NCBI GenBank assembly: GCA_964016885.1
Contig: CAXHJY010000585.1
Coordinates: 35,188-99,187 of the forward strand
From: Eledone cirrhosa
Lineage: Eukaryota
Length of the DNA: 64,000 nt
Direction of reading: 5' to 3'
Part shown: positions 42,330 to 55,984 of the stretch, piece after piece
Numbering within the stretch: the first letter of the stretch is position 1
Layout of the letters: every line of letters starts with the position of its first letter
Made by a program: the position numbers and the translations under genes
The notes under the pieces: model-generated
Database searches by the model: none
What the model saw: only the letters and a program-made list of their open reading frames with translations
Told to the model about the DNA's origin: nothing

Positions 42330-44885
42330 CACTATTTTCAATTCGATTTTCGTGCCCACCCTTACCTATGGTCATGTATCTTGGGTAATGACCGAACGAT
42401 TACAAGCGGCAGAGATGGGGTGCCTCCGAAGGGTTTTGGGAGTAACGTTACTCGATAGATTGCGTAGCTTGGAGATCAGTGAGTCACTCCAGGTAGAGCT
42501 GTTACTTCCCCTAATTGAGAGATCACAGTTCTGATACTATGGACATATGATTAGAATGTCTCAGGAAAGAATTGCTGGACAGATTTATAGCAGAGAGATC
42601 AGAGAGTCACTCCAGGTAGAGCTGCTACTTCTCAGAATTGAGAGATCACAGCTCTGATACTATGGACATGTGGTTAGAATGTCTCAGGAAAGAATCAGTG
42701 GACATATTTATAGCTCAGAGATCAGAGAGTCACTCCAGGTAGAGCCGCTACTTCTCCGAATTGAGAGATCACAGCTCTGATATTATAGACATGTGGTTAC
42801 AATGTCTCAGGAAAGAATCACTGGTCAGATTTGTAGCTCAGAGATCAGAGAGTCACTCTAGGTAGAGCTGCTACTTCTCCGAATTGGGAGATCACAGCTC
42901 TGATACTATGGACATGTGGTTAGAATGTCTCAGGAAAGAATCAGTGGACAGATTTATAGCAGAGAGATCAGAGTGTCACTCCAGGTAGAGCTGCTACTTC
43001 TCCAAATTGAGAGATCACAGCTCTGATACTATGGACATGTGGTTAGAATGTCTCAGGAAAGAATCGCTGGACAGATTTGTAGCTCAGAGATCAGTGAGTC
43101 ACCCCGGGTAGAGCCGCTACTTCTCCGAATTGAGAGATCACAGCTCTGATACTATGGACATGTGGTTAGAATGTCTCAGGAAAGAATCGCTGGACAGATT
43201 TATAGCTCAGAGATCAGAGAGTCACTCCAGGTAGAGCTGCTACTTCTCCAAATTGAGAGATCACAGTTCCGATACTATGGACATGTGGTTAGAATGTCTC
43301 AGGAAAGAATCAGTGGACATATTTATAGCTCAGAGATCAGAGAGTCACTCCAGGTAGAGCTGCTACTTCTCCAAATTGAGAGATCACAGCTCTGATACTA
43401 TGGACATGTGGTTAGAATGTCTCAGGAAAGAATCGCTGGACAGATTTGTAGCTCGGAGATCAGAGAATCACTCCAGGTAGATCCGCTACTTCTCAGAATT
43501 GAGAGATCACAGCTCTGATACTATGGACATGTGGTTAGAATGTCTCAGGAAAGAATCGCTGGACAGATTTATAGCTCAGAGATCAGAGAGTCACTCCAGG
43601 TAGAGCTGCTATTTCTCCAAATTGAGAGATTACAGCTCCGATACTATGGACATGTGGTTAGAATGTCTCAGGAAAGAATCGATGGACAGATTTATAGTTC
43701 AGAGATCAGAGAGTCACTCCAGGTAGAGCCACAACTTCTCCGAATTGAGAGATCACAGCTCTGATACTATGGACATGTGGTTAGAATGTCTCAGGAAAGA
43801 ATCAGTGGACATATTTATAGCTCAGAGATCAGAGAGTCACTCTAGGTAGAGCTGCTACTTCTCCGAATTGGGAGATCACAGCTCTGATACTATGGACATG
43901 TGGTTAGAATGTCTCAGGAAAGAATCGCGGGACAGATTTATAGCTCAGAGATCAGAGAGTCACTCCAGGTAGAGCTGCTATTTCTCCAAATTGAGAGATT
44001 ACAGCTCCGATACTATGGACATGTGGTTAGAATGTCTCAGGAAAGAATCGATGGACAGATTTATAGTTCAGAGATCAGAGAGTCACTCCAGGTAGAGCCA
44101 CAACTTCTCCGAATTGAGAGATCACAGCTCTGATACTATGGACATGTGGTTAGAATGTCTCAGGAAAGAATCAGTGGACATATTTATAGCTCAGAGATCA
44201 GAGAGTCACTCCAGGTAGAGCCGCTACTTCTCCGAATTGAGAGATCACAGCTCTGATATTATGGACATGTGGTTACAATGTCTCAGGAAAGAATCACTGG
44301 TCAGATTTGTAGCTCAGAGATCAGAGAGTCACTCTAGGTAGAGCTGCTACTTCTCCGAATTGGGAGATCACAGCTCTGATACTATGGACATGTGGTTAGA
44401 ATGTCACAGGAAAGAATCAGTGGACAGATTTATAGCAGAGAGATCAGAGTGTCACTCCAGGTAGAGCTGCTACTTCTCCAAATTGAGAGATCACAGCTCT
44501 GATACTATGGACATGTGGTTAGAATGTCTCAGGAAAGAATCGCTGGACAGATTTATAGTTCAGAGATCAGAGAGTCACTCCAGGTAGAGCTGCTACTTCT
44601 CCAAATTGAGAGATCACAGTTCCGATACTATGGACATGTGGTTAGAATGTCTCAGGAAAGAATCTCTGGACAGATTTTACAGGCAAAAACCAATAGTTAG
44701 GAGACCCAGGGGTAGACCCTGAGCAAAATGGTTGGATAACATCCACTAGCTTTGGTTGTTCTCGCTTGAGGATCCAGCTGGATCAGTTGGAGACGGTTGT
44801 TTCTGACAGCGCCTGCTGGAGGGAGTGTTGGATGACTCTGCCCCTCGCGACCTTCTCAGGAATAAGTGGGCGAAGAAGAAGAAGA
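42330..44885 (+). mobile_element. RTE-clade LINE 3' end with an internal 123-bp segment amplified about 18 times
   Basis: FVPTLTYGHVSWVMTERLQAAEMGCLRRVLGVTLLD, then [SEIRESLQVELLLLRIERSQL(R/*)YYGHVVRMSQERIAGQIY]n, then RPRGRP and a (GAA)n tail. Period of 123 seen at 42661, 42784 and 42907. Confidence 0.9.
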
Positions 44886-45584
44886 TGTAGAAGGAGAATA
44901 TAAGGAAGATTATGAAGACGAAGAAGAAAAATATTATGAAGAAGACGAAGTATAAGGACTACAATATTATGAAGAACACGAAGTATAAGGACTACAATAT
45001 TATGAAGAACACGAAGAAGATGGAGAAGGAAAAGAAGCGATCGTTTTATTTATTTGTCAAATGATAAACCAAAAATACGTCTGGTCTGTTTTTCGGATTT
45101 TTTCATTATTTTTCTCGCTGGAGTCTTTAATCGTTTAGGGTTAACTTTTACGACCTCTCACTCGGTGTTAAGTTTTAACAACATTTCTCTAACATTTTTA
45201 CAGTTTATATCGAAGTTTATTTATATCTATCACTAAATTTAGCGCTTAAAACCAGCCATAAATCATTTCCTTTTAATGTGTGGCCTGTTCTAGTATTACT
45301 ACAGATCCACAGGTTAACGTTCAGACAACATAGAAGGATATATATTATCATGATGTCATGCTGTGATATATTATTGCATTACACACACACTCACACACAC
45401 AGACACACACTCACACACACAGACACACAGGCATAGAGAGAGAGAGACACACTCTCACACACATAGACACACACACACTCACAGACACATAGACACACAC
45501 ACACAGAGACATACTCTCACACACACAGTCACAGACACACACAGACACACACAGACACACACTCACCGAGAGATAGAGATAGAT

Positions 45585-45615
<31 letters not shown>

Positions 45616-46135
45616 CACACACACTCACAGAGAGAGAGAGAGAGAGAGAGAGAGATACTCACACACGCACACACACAGACACATACACACACACGCACAC
45701 ACAGACACACACACACACTCACATAGAGAGAGAGAGAGATACTCACACAAACACACACACACAGACACACAGACACACAGACACACACACAGACACACAC
45801 ACACACATATATACTGTATATGTATATATAAGTGATAAAGTTGTACCTGTATAAATACAGAGTGTGTAGCCGAGATTGCGCCAACATGTATAAATAGATA
45901 GACATACCTGATGTATAATATATATATTTATATGTGCGTTGGGGTATATATATATATATGAGAAAGTATGACCCCGACGGCAGAGCTCATACTTTCTCCT
46001 ACGGTCATACTTTCTCCTATTTCCCACTCTACTACCCTAAGTATTGAGTACTCTGGGGCGTTATGGTCCATCTGGTTACTTACCAAAACTCCTTTGTTAT
46101 ATATATATATATGTATATATATATATAACATTTAA

Positions 46136-46168
<33 letters not shown>

Positions 46169-46173
46169 ACATT

Positions 46174-46226
<53 letters not shown>

Positions 46227-46542
46227 CATTTAAATATAAATTAATATATATGATGAAACACAAATACCAACATATCTGTATTTATATTGTAAAAGAAAAT
46301 TTAGTTAGCTTTTGGCAATATTGTTTGTTTTTGTTGATTTATTATTTTAAATCGATATGGGCAGACTGTAATATTATAATTAGTATACTTCATTCTAGCT
46401 AACTAAATTTTCTTTTAGAATATAAATACAGATATGTTGGTATTTGTGTTTCATCATATATATTAATTTATATTTAAATGTTTTACATGGCTCAGAAATA
46501 TTTCTTTCTTTGAGCTAATTTCATTGTGAAAGAATTCATTAC

Positions 46543-46586
<44 letters not shown>

Positions 46587-46608
46587 CACACATTATCTAT
46601 CTATCTAG

Positions 46609-46659
<51 letters not shown>

Positions 46660-46864
46660 TGCATATATATACATGGCTGCTCGATAAATGACAGACAATG
46701 TGTGTTTAGAAAAAAAAAGGGACCAGGTGACTCCATATTATTTGTATGTGTGTATGTATATGTGTCTATATGCATGTATTTGTATATATATATATATATA
46801 CATATATACATATATACACATAAATATATATATTTCTAAATATATTTCTAAATATATATATATA

Positions 46865-47162
<298 letters not shown>

Positions 47163-47733
47163 TATATGAATATATATATAAATATATATATAATTATATC
47201 TAAATATATATCTAAATATATATATATATATATATATCTAAATATATATCTAAATATATATATATATATATATATATAAATATATATAGATATATATATA
47301 AATATATATAGTTATATATATAATTATATCTAAATATATATCTAAATATATATAGTTATATATATAATTATATCTAAATATATATCTAAATATATATCTA
47401 AATATATATATAAATATATCTATATATCTAAATAAATATATATACACACACACATATATGTATAGACAGATGGATTCACATTGATACACAGTGTCATATG
47501 TTTCAGTTAGCAGATCTTTGCCATCACGATACACAGTATCTAGAAATTATTATCATATTTCAATATCCATTGTATATATTTTCAATATCTCTTCTGTATG
47601 TATTGTATATCTACATCATTTTAGTTTTTTTTTTCTTTTACCTATGTTTTTGTATGTTGTTTTATCTTTAGTTTTTTGGGGTTTTTTTTGGTAATTGTTC
47701 CTGGTAGCGTAATTTTGAAGACTGTTATTATCA

Positions 47734-49045
47734 TGGCGGATTGGCAGTATCGGGAGAGAGTCGGACGCCATGCTAGGGCGGTGGACTGGCAGTATCGGGA
47801 GAGAGTCGGACGCCATGCTAGGGCGGTGGACTGGCAGTATCGGGAGAGAGTCGGACGCCATGCTAGGGTGGCGGATTGGCAGTATCGGGAGAGAGTCGGA
47901 CGCCATGCTAGGGCGGTGGACTGGCAGTATCGGGAGAGAGTCGGACGCCATGCTAGGGCGGTGGACTGGCAGTATCGGGAGAGAGTCGGACGCCATGCTA
48001 GGGTGGCGGATTGGCAGTATCGGGAGAGAGTCGGACGCCATGCTAGGGCGGTGGACTGGCAGTATCGGGAGAGAGTCGGACGCCATGCTAGGGCGGTGGA
48101 CTGGCAGTATCGGGAGAGAGTCGGACGCCATGCTAGGGTGGCGGATTGGCAGTATCGGGAGAGAGTCGGACGCCATGCTAGGGCGGTGGACTGGCAGTAT
48201 CGGGAGAGAGTCGGACGCCATGCTAGGGCGGTGGACTGGCAGTATCGGGAGAGAGTCGGACGCCATGCTAGGGCGGTGGACTGGCAGTATCGGGAGAGAG
48301 TCGGACGCCATGCTAGGGTGGTGGATTGGCAGTATCGGTAGAGAGTCGGACGCCATGCTAGGGCGGTGGACTGGCAGTATCGGGAGAGAGTCGGACGCCA
48401 TGTTAGGGTGGTGAATTGGCAGTATCGGTAGAGGGTCGGGCGCCATGCTAGGGCGGTGAATTGGCAGTATCGGTAGAGGGTCGGACGCCATGCTAGGGCG
48501 GTGGATTGGCAGTATCGGTAGAGGGTCGGACGCCATGTTAGGGTGGTGAATTGGCAGTATCGGTAGAGGGTCGGGCGCCATGCTAGGGTGGTGGATTGGC
48601 AGTATCGGTAGAGAGTCGGACGCCATGCTAGGGCGGTGGATTGGCAGTATCGGTAGAGAGTCGGACACCATGCTAGGGCGGTGGATTGGCAGTATCGGTA
48701 GAGGGTCGGACGCCATGCAAGGGTGGTGGATTGGCAGTATCGGTAGAGGGTCGGACGCCATGCAAGGGCGGTGGATTGGCAGTATCGGTAGAGGGTCGGA
48801 CGCCATGCTAGGGCGGTGGATTGGCAGTATCGGTAGAGAGTCAGACGCCATGCTAGGGTGGTGGATTGGCAGTATCGGTAGAGAGTCAGACGCCATGCTT
48901 TCCAGCATAGTTACGTCCCTTTACGATCTGGGTTCAAATCCCGCCGAGGTTGACTTTGCCTTTCATCCTTACGGGGTCGATAGAATAAAGTACCAGTAAT
49001 GCACTGGGTAATTGCTGGCCTTGTGTTTAAAGTAGAAACAATTAT
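47734..49045 (+). mobile_element. SINE preceded by about 25 tandem copies of its own 45-bp 5' head
   Basis: Unit gggcggtggactggcagtatcgggagagagtcggacgccatgcta. It continues into a complete SINE body at about 48857-49045. Confidence 0.9.
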
Positions 49046-49238
49046 TATTATATATATATATACACAGAGGTATCCAGAGTAAGTTGTGGGGTGTATTCTG
49101 TATGAAGAACTCAATGTAATCCATATGTTGAAAATGTTGTAGGTTAAGATAAATCTAAGAAAACATTAAAAGGAAAACAGAGTCATGATATAAGTTAAAA
49201 CAATGAAATAAAAAATCAAGTCATTAGAGATATACTTC

Positions 49239-49374
49239 ACTGCTTTACGATCGTTTCTAGGTGATGATAATACATTGTACCTATACTCAGTTATTGATCT
49301 ATGTAAGTTTACAAACAATCAGATAGAGAGAATATTTACTTACATGCATATCACCAGTTGTTTTCAAAAGCAAT
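49239..49374 (-). ncRNA. Hammerhead with long stem II, U3-A8 core variant
   Basis: attgctt-TTGAAAA-caactggtgat...atcaccta-GAAA-cgatcg-TA-aagcagt. Its downstream tail shares acattgagttcttcatac with the element end at about 19146. Confidence 0.6.
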
Positions 49375-49571
49375 AATTGTTTCTACTTTAGGCACAAGGC
49401 CAGCAATAACCCAGAGCATTACTGGTACTTTATTTTATCGACCCCGTAAAACAATAATGTATACATATATATATAAATGTGTGTATGTGTGTGTGCGCGT
49501 GCGTGTGTAGTTTCGTCTCTCTCTCTCTCTCTCATATACATACATACACAGAGAGACACACATACTCTCTA

Positions 49572-49638
<67 letters not shown>

Positions 49639-49686
49639 TTCTCGCACACAATACTGTGTAGACCAGCTGAAAAAATATTTCAAAGT

Positions 49687-49728
<42 letters not shown>

Positions 49729-50022
49729 TTATATATAGGAACGAGTAGGACCCCGACGGCTGAGCTCAAGCCGTTTCGACGGCTAATTCTGGACTAAATG
49801 AATATTTTTATTTAGTCCAGAATTAGCCGTCGAAACGGCTTGAGCTCAGCCTTCGGGGTCTTACTCGTTCCTATTACCCACTCTACTACCCTAAGTATTG
49901 AGTACTTTGGTGCGTTGTGGTCCACCTGGTTCCTTACCACATTTCCTTCGTTATATTTATATATATATATATATTTAAAAAAATATATATATACATGCGT
50001 ATGAACGCACACACACACACAC

Positions 50023-50077
<55 letters not shown>

Positions 50078-50211
50078 TGCTACTGTACGTCTGTATACAT
50101 ATATGTATGTACGTATACATACATACTTACATTTATATATACATATATATATTAAAACAAAAAAAAAATATATATATGCAAATCAACACACACACACACA
50201 CACACTCTCTT

Positions 50212-50272
<61 letters not shown>

Positions 50273-50479
50273 AAGGCGCATGTTTAGGCTGTTAGATTCC
50301 CGATCTTCATGTCACGGGTTCAATTCCCGGACTGGGCAACACCTTACATTATATTCTTCAGTTAGATACATCGTTTCATGTAGTTGCATTTCACGACAGG
50401 ACCCTGTTTCCTTTCATTTCAAACACCTGAGAAACTTATGAGATATAGCTTCGTAGGGGTCCACATAACCCTGTATAGG

Positions 50480-51230
50480 TGTGAACTGTAACAACAACAA
50501 TATTATAAGGCTGGGACTGACATTCATAAAACACCCCCAGAAACTTCCTATGGGATGCTGAGTCTCAAATCCCGCCGATGTTTACTTTGTCTTTCATCCT
50601 TACGGGGTCGATAAAATAAAGTACCAGTAATACACTGGGTAATTACTGGCCTTGTGCCAAAAGTAGAAACAATTATTAAAACACCCTCAAAACCTTCTGT
50701 GTGTTACAACCTCGCAGGGAGCCTCATAAACAAACATGCGCATAGATTCTGGCTGTAATGATAGCATGGTAGACTGGTCTTTGACCCCTATTAATAAAAT
50801 GCTCCAGAAACTTCCTGTGTGATACAACCTCGCAGGGGGGCGGCAGCTAGACCCGTATAGGCGTGAACTGTGTTTGTCCCCTATTATTAAAACACTCCAA
50901 AAACCTCTGTGTTACAAGCTCTTAGGGGTTCCACATAAACATGTGCATAGACGCTAGCTGTAACTATACCGTGGTAGACTGGGTCTTTGTCCCCTATTAG
51001 TAAAATACTCCAGAAAACACGAAGGAGGCCAGCTAAACCCGTATAGGCATGAGCAGTGTTTGCCCTCCCTATCACTTATTGTAAACCCCCACTGTCCCCG
51101 TCTTTGTATTGTCCCCACATGTCGGCCCTTGTAACTAATAAATGAAATCATTAAAACACCCCAGAAACCTCCTATGTGATAAAACCTCACAGGGGCTCCA
51201 CATAAACATGTGCATAGACACTAACTGTAA
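50480..51230. repeat. Degenerate tandem repeat interrupted by a SINE half (50558-50677) and a LINE tail (about 51060-51150)
   Basis: taaaacaccc..agaaacc(t)cctatgtga...cacataaacatgtgcatagac recurs several times. Confidence 0.6.
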
Positions 51231-51734
51231 ATTTAATTTTCATTTTTCAATCAGCAAATAGTAAGACGTGAGAAAAAAATCGTGTTTCAAGGCCTTCACA
51301 TCTGGAGGAGGTCTGTACTATCGCATCTGTAGGACATCTGTACTTTAATTACTCCTGAGAAGAATCACACTTCCAATCATTGTATTTCAATTGGTTGAAC
51401 ATTGGTGAGGGATATTAGATTAGAGTTTCGAAGGCTGATCTATAAGGGAAGATCGATATTCGCTTAGTAAAATTGAATTACATATGTACGAACGAACGAC
51501 TAGATCCAATAATTTATTTTGTTGGGGGAGAGGAGGAGGGGGTGTTAGTTAATTATGTAGGAAATATGTAATTAATTATTATAAAGTTTAACAGCGACCA
51601 CCTGGTCATTGGGGACCATGGGTGAAGTGCACTCTGTTGTAGTAAGCAATCGTAGGTCAGGTTTCGGTTTGTCGTGTTGTTAAGTTATTTGATATTAATA
51701 TAAAGGGGACACGATAACAGCGTAAACGATAACA

Positions 51735-51772
<38 letters not shown>

Positions 51773-52356
51773 TCTAGGGCGGGTAAAATTCCCGAGATCC
51801 ATGGACGAGTTCTCTCCAGCGGTCTCTGTCCCTCATTATCGCTGCCATGTCCTGCGTCTCCAACAGACCAGTGTCTGTCCTTAGGGCATCAACATACGTT
51901 AACCTTGGTCTTCCTCTTCCAGTGTGTCCATGTAGGCGCTCCCACAGGGGCACTGAGTGCAATGTTATGGTTTTCATTGGCCTTTGATTCTGTGGTCCGT
52001 CACTGCCTGATGAAGATCTTACAGGCTTATGGAATCTCTGAGATGATAGTGGACCTGATATCACTGCTCTACACCAACACCAAAGCCCAAGTCATTACAC
52101 CTGATGGGATGACAGAGTTCTTTGAGATACTGGCTGGAGTGCTCCAGGGAGATACATTGGCTCCCTACCTTTTTATCATCGTAGTGGACTATTGTATGCG
52201 CCTTGCACTGGAGAAACACCAGGACTCTGGCTTTACTGTAGCACTGGCTCAGAGCAGGAGAGTTAAGGCGAAAAAGATATTGGATGCTGAATTTGCCGAC
52301 GACATAGTTTTGGTGACGAATACAGTGAAGGAGGCAGAGGATTTGATGCAGGAGGT

Positions 52357-52358
<2 letters not shown>
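51773..52358 (-). mobile_element. RTE LINE 3' end (minus) with an inverted RT segment (plus) in (TA)n
   Basis: 51773-51962 minus: HSVPLWERLHGHTGRGRPRLTYVDAL...FYPP*. 51963-52358 plus: AFDSV...GVLQGDTLAPYLF...EFADDIVL (RT motifs). Confidence 0.88.
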
Positions 52359-52403
<45 letters not shown>

Positions 52404-52599
52404 GTTATCACTTATTTTTTATCATTTATTTTGTTTTGACCTGTTTAGCTTGATTTGGTTTTTGGCTTGGGTGGTTAATGCCTTCTTGACCACCTTTTCA
52501 GTTTTGTATGGCTTCTTAACACATTGTTTAGCTCTGATTTTTGCGTTTCGCTTCGCTTTTCCTGCCCGCCGAAAATGCGATTCTCGCTGAATCTTTATT

Positions 52600-52649
<50 letters not shown>

Positions 52650-52697
52650 ATAAAAGAGAAAACACAAGTAAGCATTAAAAAAAGGATTTTATCCAGG

Positions 52698-52798
52698 TAT
52701 TTACGACCGTTTCATTGGTAAACGCAACCTTATATCGCTATACTGCAAATAGCAGCCACTCGATAATAACTGTTATTTACCTCCAAATTTTCAAAATA
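52698..52798 (-). ncRNA. Hammerhead with long stem II, U3-A8 core variant
   Basis: tatt-TTGAAAA-tttggaggtaaataac...gttgcgtttaccaat-GAAA-cggtcg-TA-aata. Confidence 0.55.
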
Positions 52799-53530
52799 AT
52801 GAATAAGTTATTTGTAAAAGGTTCTTAATATATAAAAAAAAACATTTTTTGGGAATCGTATTTACTAGTATAGAGAGAGAGAGAGAGGGGAAGGGGGGTG
52901 AGAAGAATCAGGAAGTAGAGGGACAAACGGAGATGGATGGAGGGGTAAAGATGGAAGGATTCCTCGATCAGTTTTGATTCGTAGACTTGATGTCGTCAAT
53001 TTACAGTGTAGGGAGTTAAAGAGAATTAAATTGTTTATAGTGGGAGTGAGAGAGAGAGAGATAGAGAGATAAATATATATATAAAAAAGGGGGAAGAGAA
53101 AAAAGAAGAAAAGAGAACAAAAAAGGGACAGAAGAAAAGAAGAAAACGAAAAAAGAAAAAAGGAATGAAGGAGGAGATAGGGACATAAGTATTGGTTACT
53201 GTGGGTAATTAAAGGGGTTAGATTCAATAAGAGGGTAGAAAGTCTCAGTATATGCAGTTTGTCAGGTGGTAGTAGGAGGTTAAGGGTTCGATTTGCACTT
53301 GTAGTGAACGGGATTTACTAACCAGATTTTTGCAACTTATGGAGTTACCCCTAACCGTACTTTGGAAACCGTCCAAGAAACTGGATTATAATAAGCAATT
53401 TTCTGCTTTCGTAACTATATATATACCCACTCGATTAACCCACTCGATATGCAAATTAGGCTGCTCAGCCGTTAATATGCATAAGGAAAGTATATACTTT
53501 CAGACGTTCAATCATCTGGCAGGTAGGTAT

Positions 53531-53573
53531 ACGGTGCTGACGATAGATAATAAGCTTGAAACTAGTACATCGT
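53531..53573 (+). ncRNA. Minimal type-I hammerhead ribozyme
   Basis: acggtg-CTGACGA-tagataataagctt-GAAA-ctag-TA-catcgt. Stem II is weak. Confidence 0.7.
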
Positions 53574-54554
53574 TCCTTTGTCAGTGTTGAACAAACGAGC
53601 AACGATGGTTGCTAAACACTGTACGGCTTAATCCGGGATGTTTGTTTACAAACAAACCGAGCATTATAATAAATGTTCGGTGAATCCATACGTACATATA
53701 TATATATATATATATGTGCATGTATGTTTATATATATACATACTACTGTACGTCTGTATACATATATGTATGTACATATACATACTTATATATATATATA
53801 TATATGAAGGACTTACTTTTTCATATGCACCACCATTTGCAACGCGCAGCCATCATTATTATCATATTTACACATAATTGTTCTTCTGCTGCCACCCGTC
53901 TGTTTCGTTCTTTGTACCTTTACCCTTTCTCGTTCTTTGTACCTTTTACCCTTTCTAGCAGTCTCTCTCTCTGTTAGCCTCCTCCTCAACTTTCACTCAC
54001 TCATTCTCTGTCACTACCTCCCCTCCTCCTCTTTCCTCCTCCTCCTTCAAGTTTGACCTGTGTGTAATTCTTTTCTCGCGCATTCCTGGTCAAGCTGGTA
54101 TGGAATTTTTTTCTCTCTCTCTTTCGTCTGCGACTTCACAAAACTTATGTTTACCGAATTCGTAGACCAGACCCCTTCTTCTTCTTCTTCTTCTTCTTCT
54201 TCTTCTTCTTCTTCTTCTTCTTCTTCTTCTTCCCCCCCGTCAGACCTGTGCGAAATTCCTTCCTTGCTCACATTTCAACCAGGTTTGATGGTCTTTTGTC
54301 TCTTGTTCACGATTTCATCGAGTTTATATTCATAGAGATCTGGGACTTGTCTATTTCTTCTTAAACCATTTTGTTTGTTACCCTAACGTCCCCTTTATTT
54401 ACGTGTCCCAACGACTTTTTTTAGCCGTTGTTCGCACCAACCTGAGGCATATGGCCCTTAAAGCGATGAAATGCCTGGGACGGTTGGAGGGTCACTGATG
54501 AAGGACTTACTTTTTCATATGCACCCCCATTTGCAACGCGCAGCCATCATTATT

Positions 54555-54597
<43 letters not shown>

Positions 54598-54654
54598 GGG
54601 AAGTTTGTTTACAAACAAACCGAGCATTATAATAAATGTTCGGTGAATCCATAC

Positions 54655-54705
<51 letters not shown>

Positions 54706-54769
54706 CATGTATGTATAAATATACATACTACTGTACGTCTGTATACATATATGTATGTACATATACATA

Positions 54770-54813
<44 letters not shown>

Positions 54814-54832
54814 AAAATCTTTGTAGAATCAA

Positions 54833-54928
54833 GACGTATCTGGGGACCTTGCGATTTTCAGAGTCAGGTTCGATCATCAAATCGATCGTGCCTCGAGCTG
54901 GTCGCTAGAGAAACGATTGTAATATGTC
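54833..54928 (+). ncRNA. Degenerate hammerhead (core CTGGGGA, A6G)
   Basis: gacgtat-CTGGGGA-ccttgcga...tcgctaga-GAAA-cgattg-TA-atatgtc. The 7-bp stem I is intact; the core mutation is probably inactivating. Confidence 0.5.
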
Positions 54929-55298
54929 CAATAAATTCTATCTGACGTTCTATCGACCTATATCCAATATCTTTACTAATTGCAAATAGACTTAGCAGCT
55001 TTTAAATAACAGATGCAGACATGCATGTTGCCGGTGTCGCAGTGTCCAAACACTTGAATCTGTAAACAGTAATTATGGTATTAAAATTAACTGACACTTT
55101 AAAGGATCTGATGATTGACAGATTTTCATTTTTCTATCAATGCTTAAGTCCTTATTCTCCAAACCTCTCCCCTACTTCTGTCTCTCCCCAACGAACATTT
55201 CAGTCGATTCAACAATTAGATTTCTATTCATTTGCTTCGAAGATCCGCAAAATTTCAAATTTATTGATTAATAATAATAATAATAATAATAATAATGA

Positions 55299-55590
55299 TT
55301 TCTTTATTGGCCACAAGGGCTGACATCAAGAAAAACATTACAGACGGCACAGGACGGTACAGGACGGTACGATGTGGGTTTTGTGCGTGTAAAGATTTTT
55401 ATTATTTATATGAGAAAAGACAAAAAAAAGACATAGAAACATATATATATATATATATATAAATAATAACAATGAAAATTGAAACAATGAAAAATTCTCC
55501 AATAGGGGGGAAACCTCCGAGGGTTACTAGTGGCGAAAACCACACAAAAGACAACGGCCACCCTGACCACCAGGGCAAGCGCCCTCTCTC

Positions 55591-55621
<31 letters not shown>

Positions 55622-55778
55622 GTTTCTTTATTGGCCACAAGGGCTAACATGAAGAAAAACATTACAGGCGGCACAGAACGGTACAGGACAACCCACTTTG
55701 TATCGTCCTGTACCGCCCTGTGCCGTCTGTAATGTTTTTCTTCATGTTAGCCCTTGTGGCCAATAAAGAAACCATTAT
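55299..55778. mobile_element. Truncated Tx1/L1-like LINE 3' tails in (AAT)n, one of them a fold-back (about 55612-55778)
   Basis: cccttgtggccaataaagaaa followed by (att)n on both strands. Shares gagagggc..ttgccct..tggtcaggg with about 56010. Confidence 0.6.
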
Positions 55779-55970
55779 GGCTGGTGAATTGGCAGTATCG
55801 GTAGAGGGTTGGACGCCATGCTTTCTAGCATAGTTACGTCCCTTTACATTCTGAGTTCAAATCCCGCCGAGGTTAACTTTGCCTTTCATCCTTACGGGGT
55901 CGATAAAATAAAGTACCAGTAATGTACTGGGTAATTGCTGGCCTTGTGCCTAAAGTAGAAACAATTATTA
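55779..55970 (+). mobile_element. Full-length tRNA-derived SINE
   Basis: ttggcagtatcgg (A box), gagttcaaatcc (B box), family core and an attatt tail. Confidence 0.88.
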
Positions 55971-55984
55971 TTCTGAGTATATGC

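Noticed and set aside
47616-48908. 430-aa repeat protein (MASDSLPILPIHRPS)n
   Set aside because: Antisense translation of the 45-bp SINE-head array.
55779-55870. tRNA gene
   Set aside because: A and B boxes are present but there is no cloverleaf, and the sequence continues into the SINE body.
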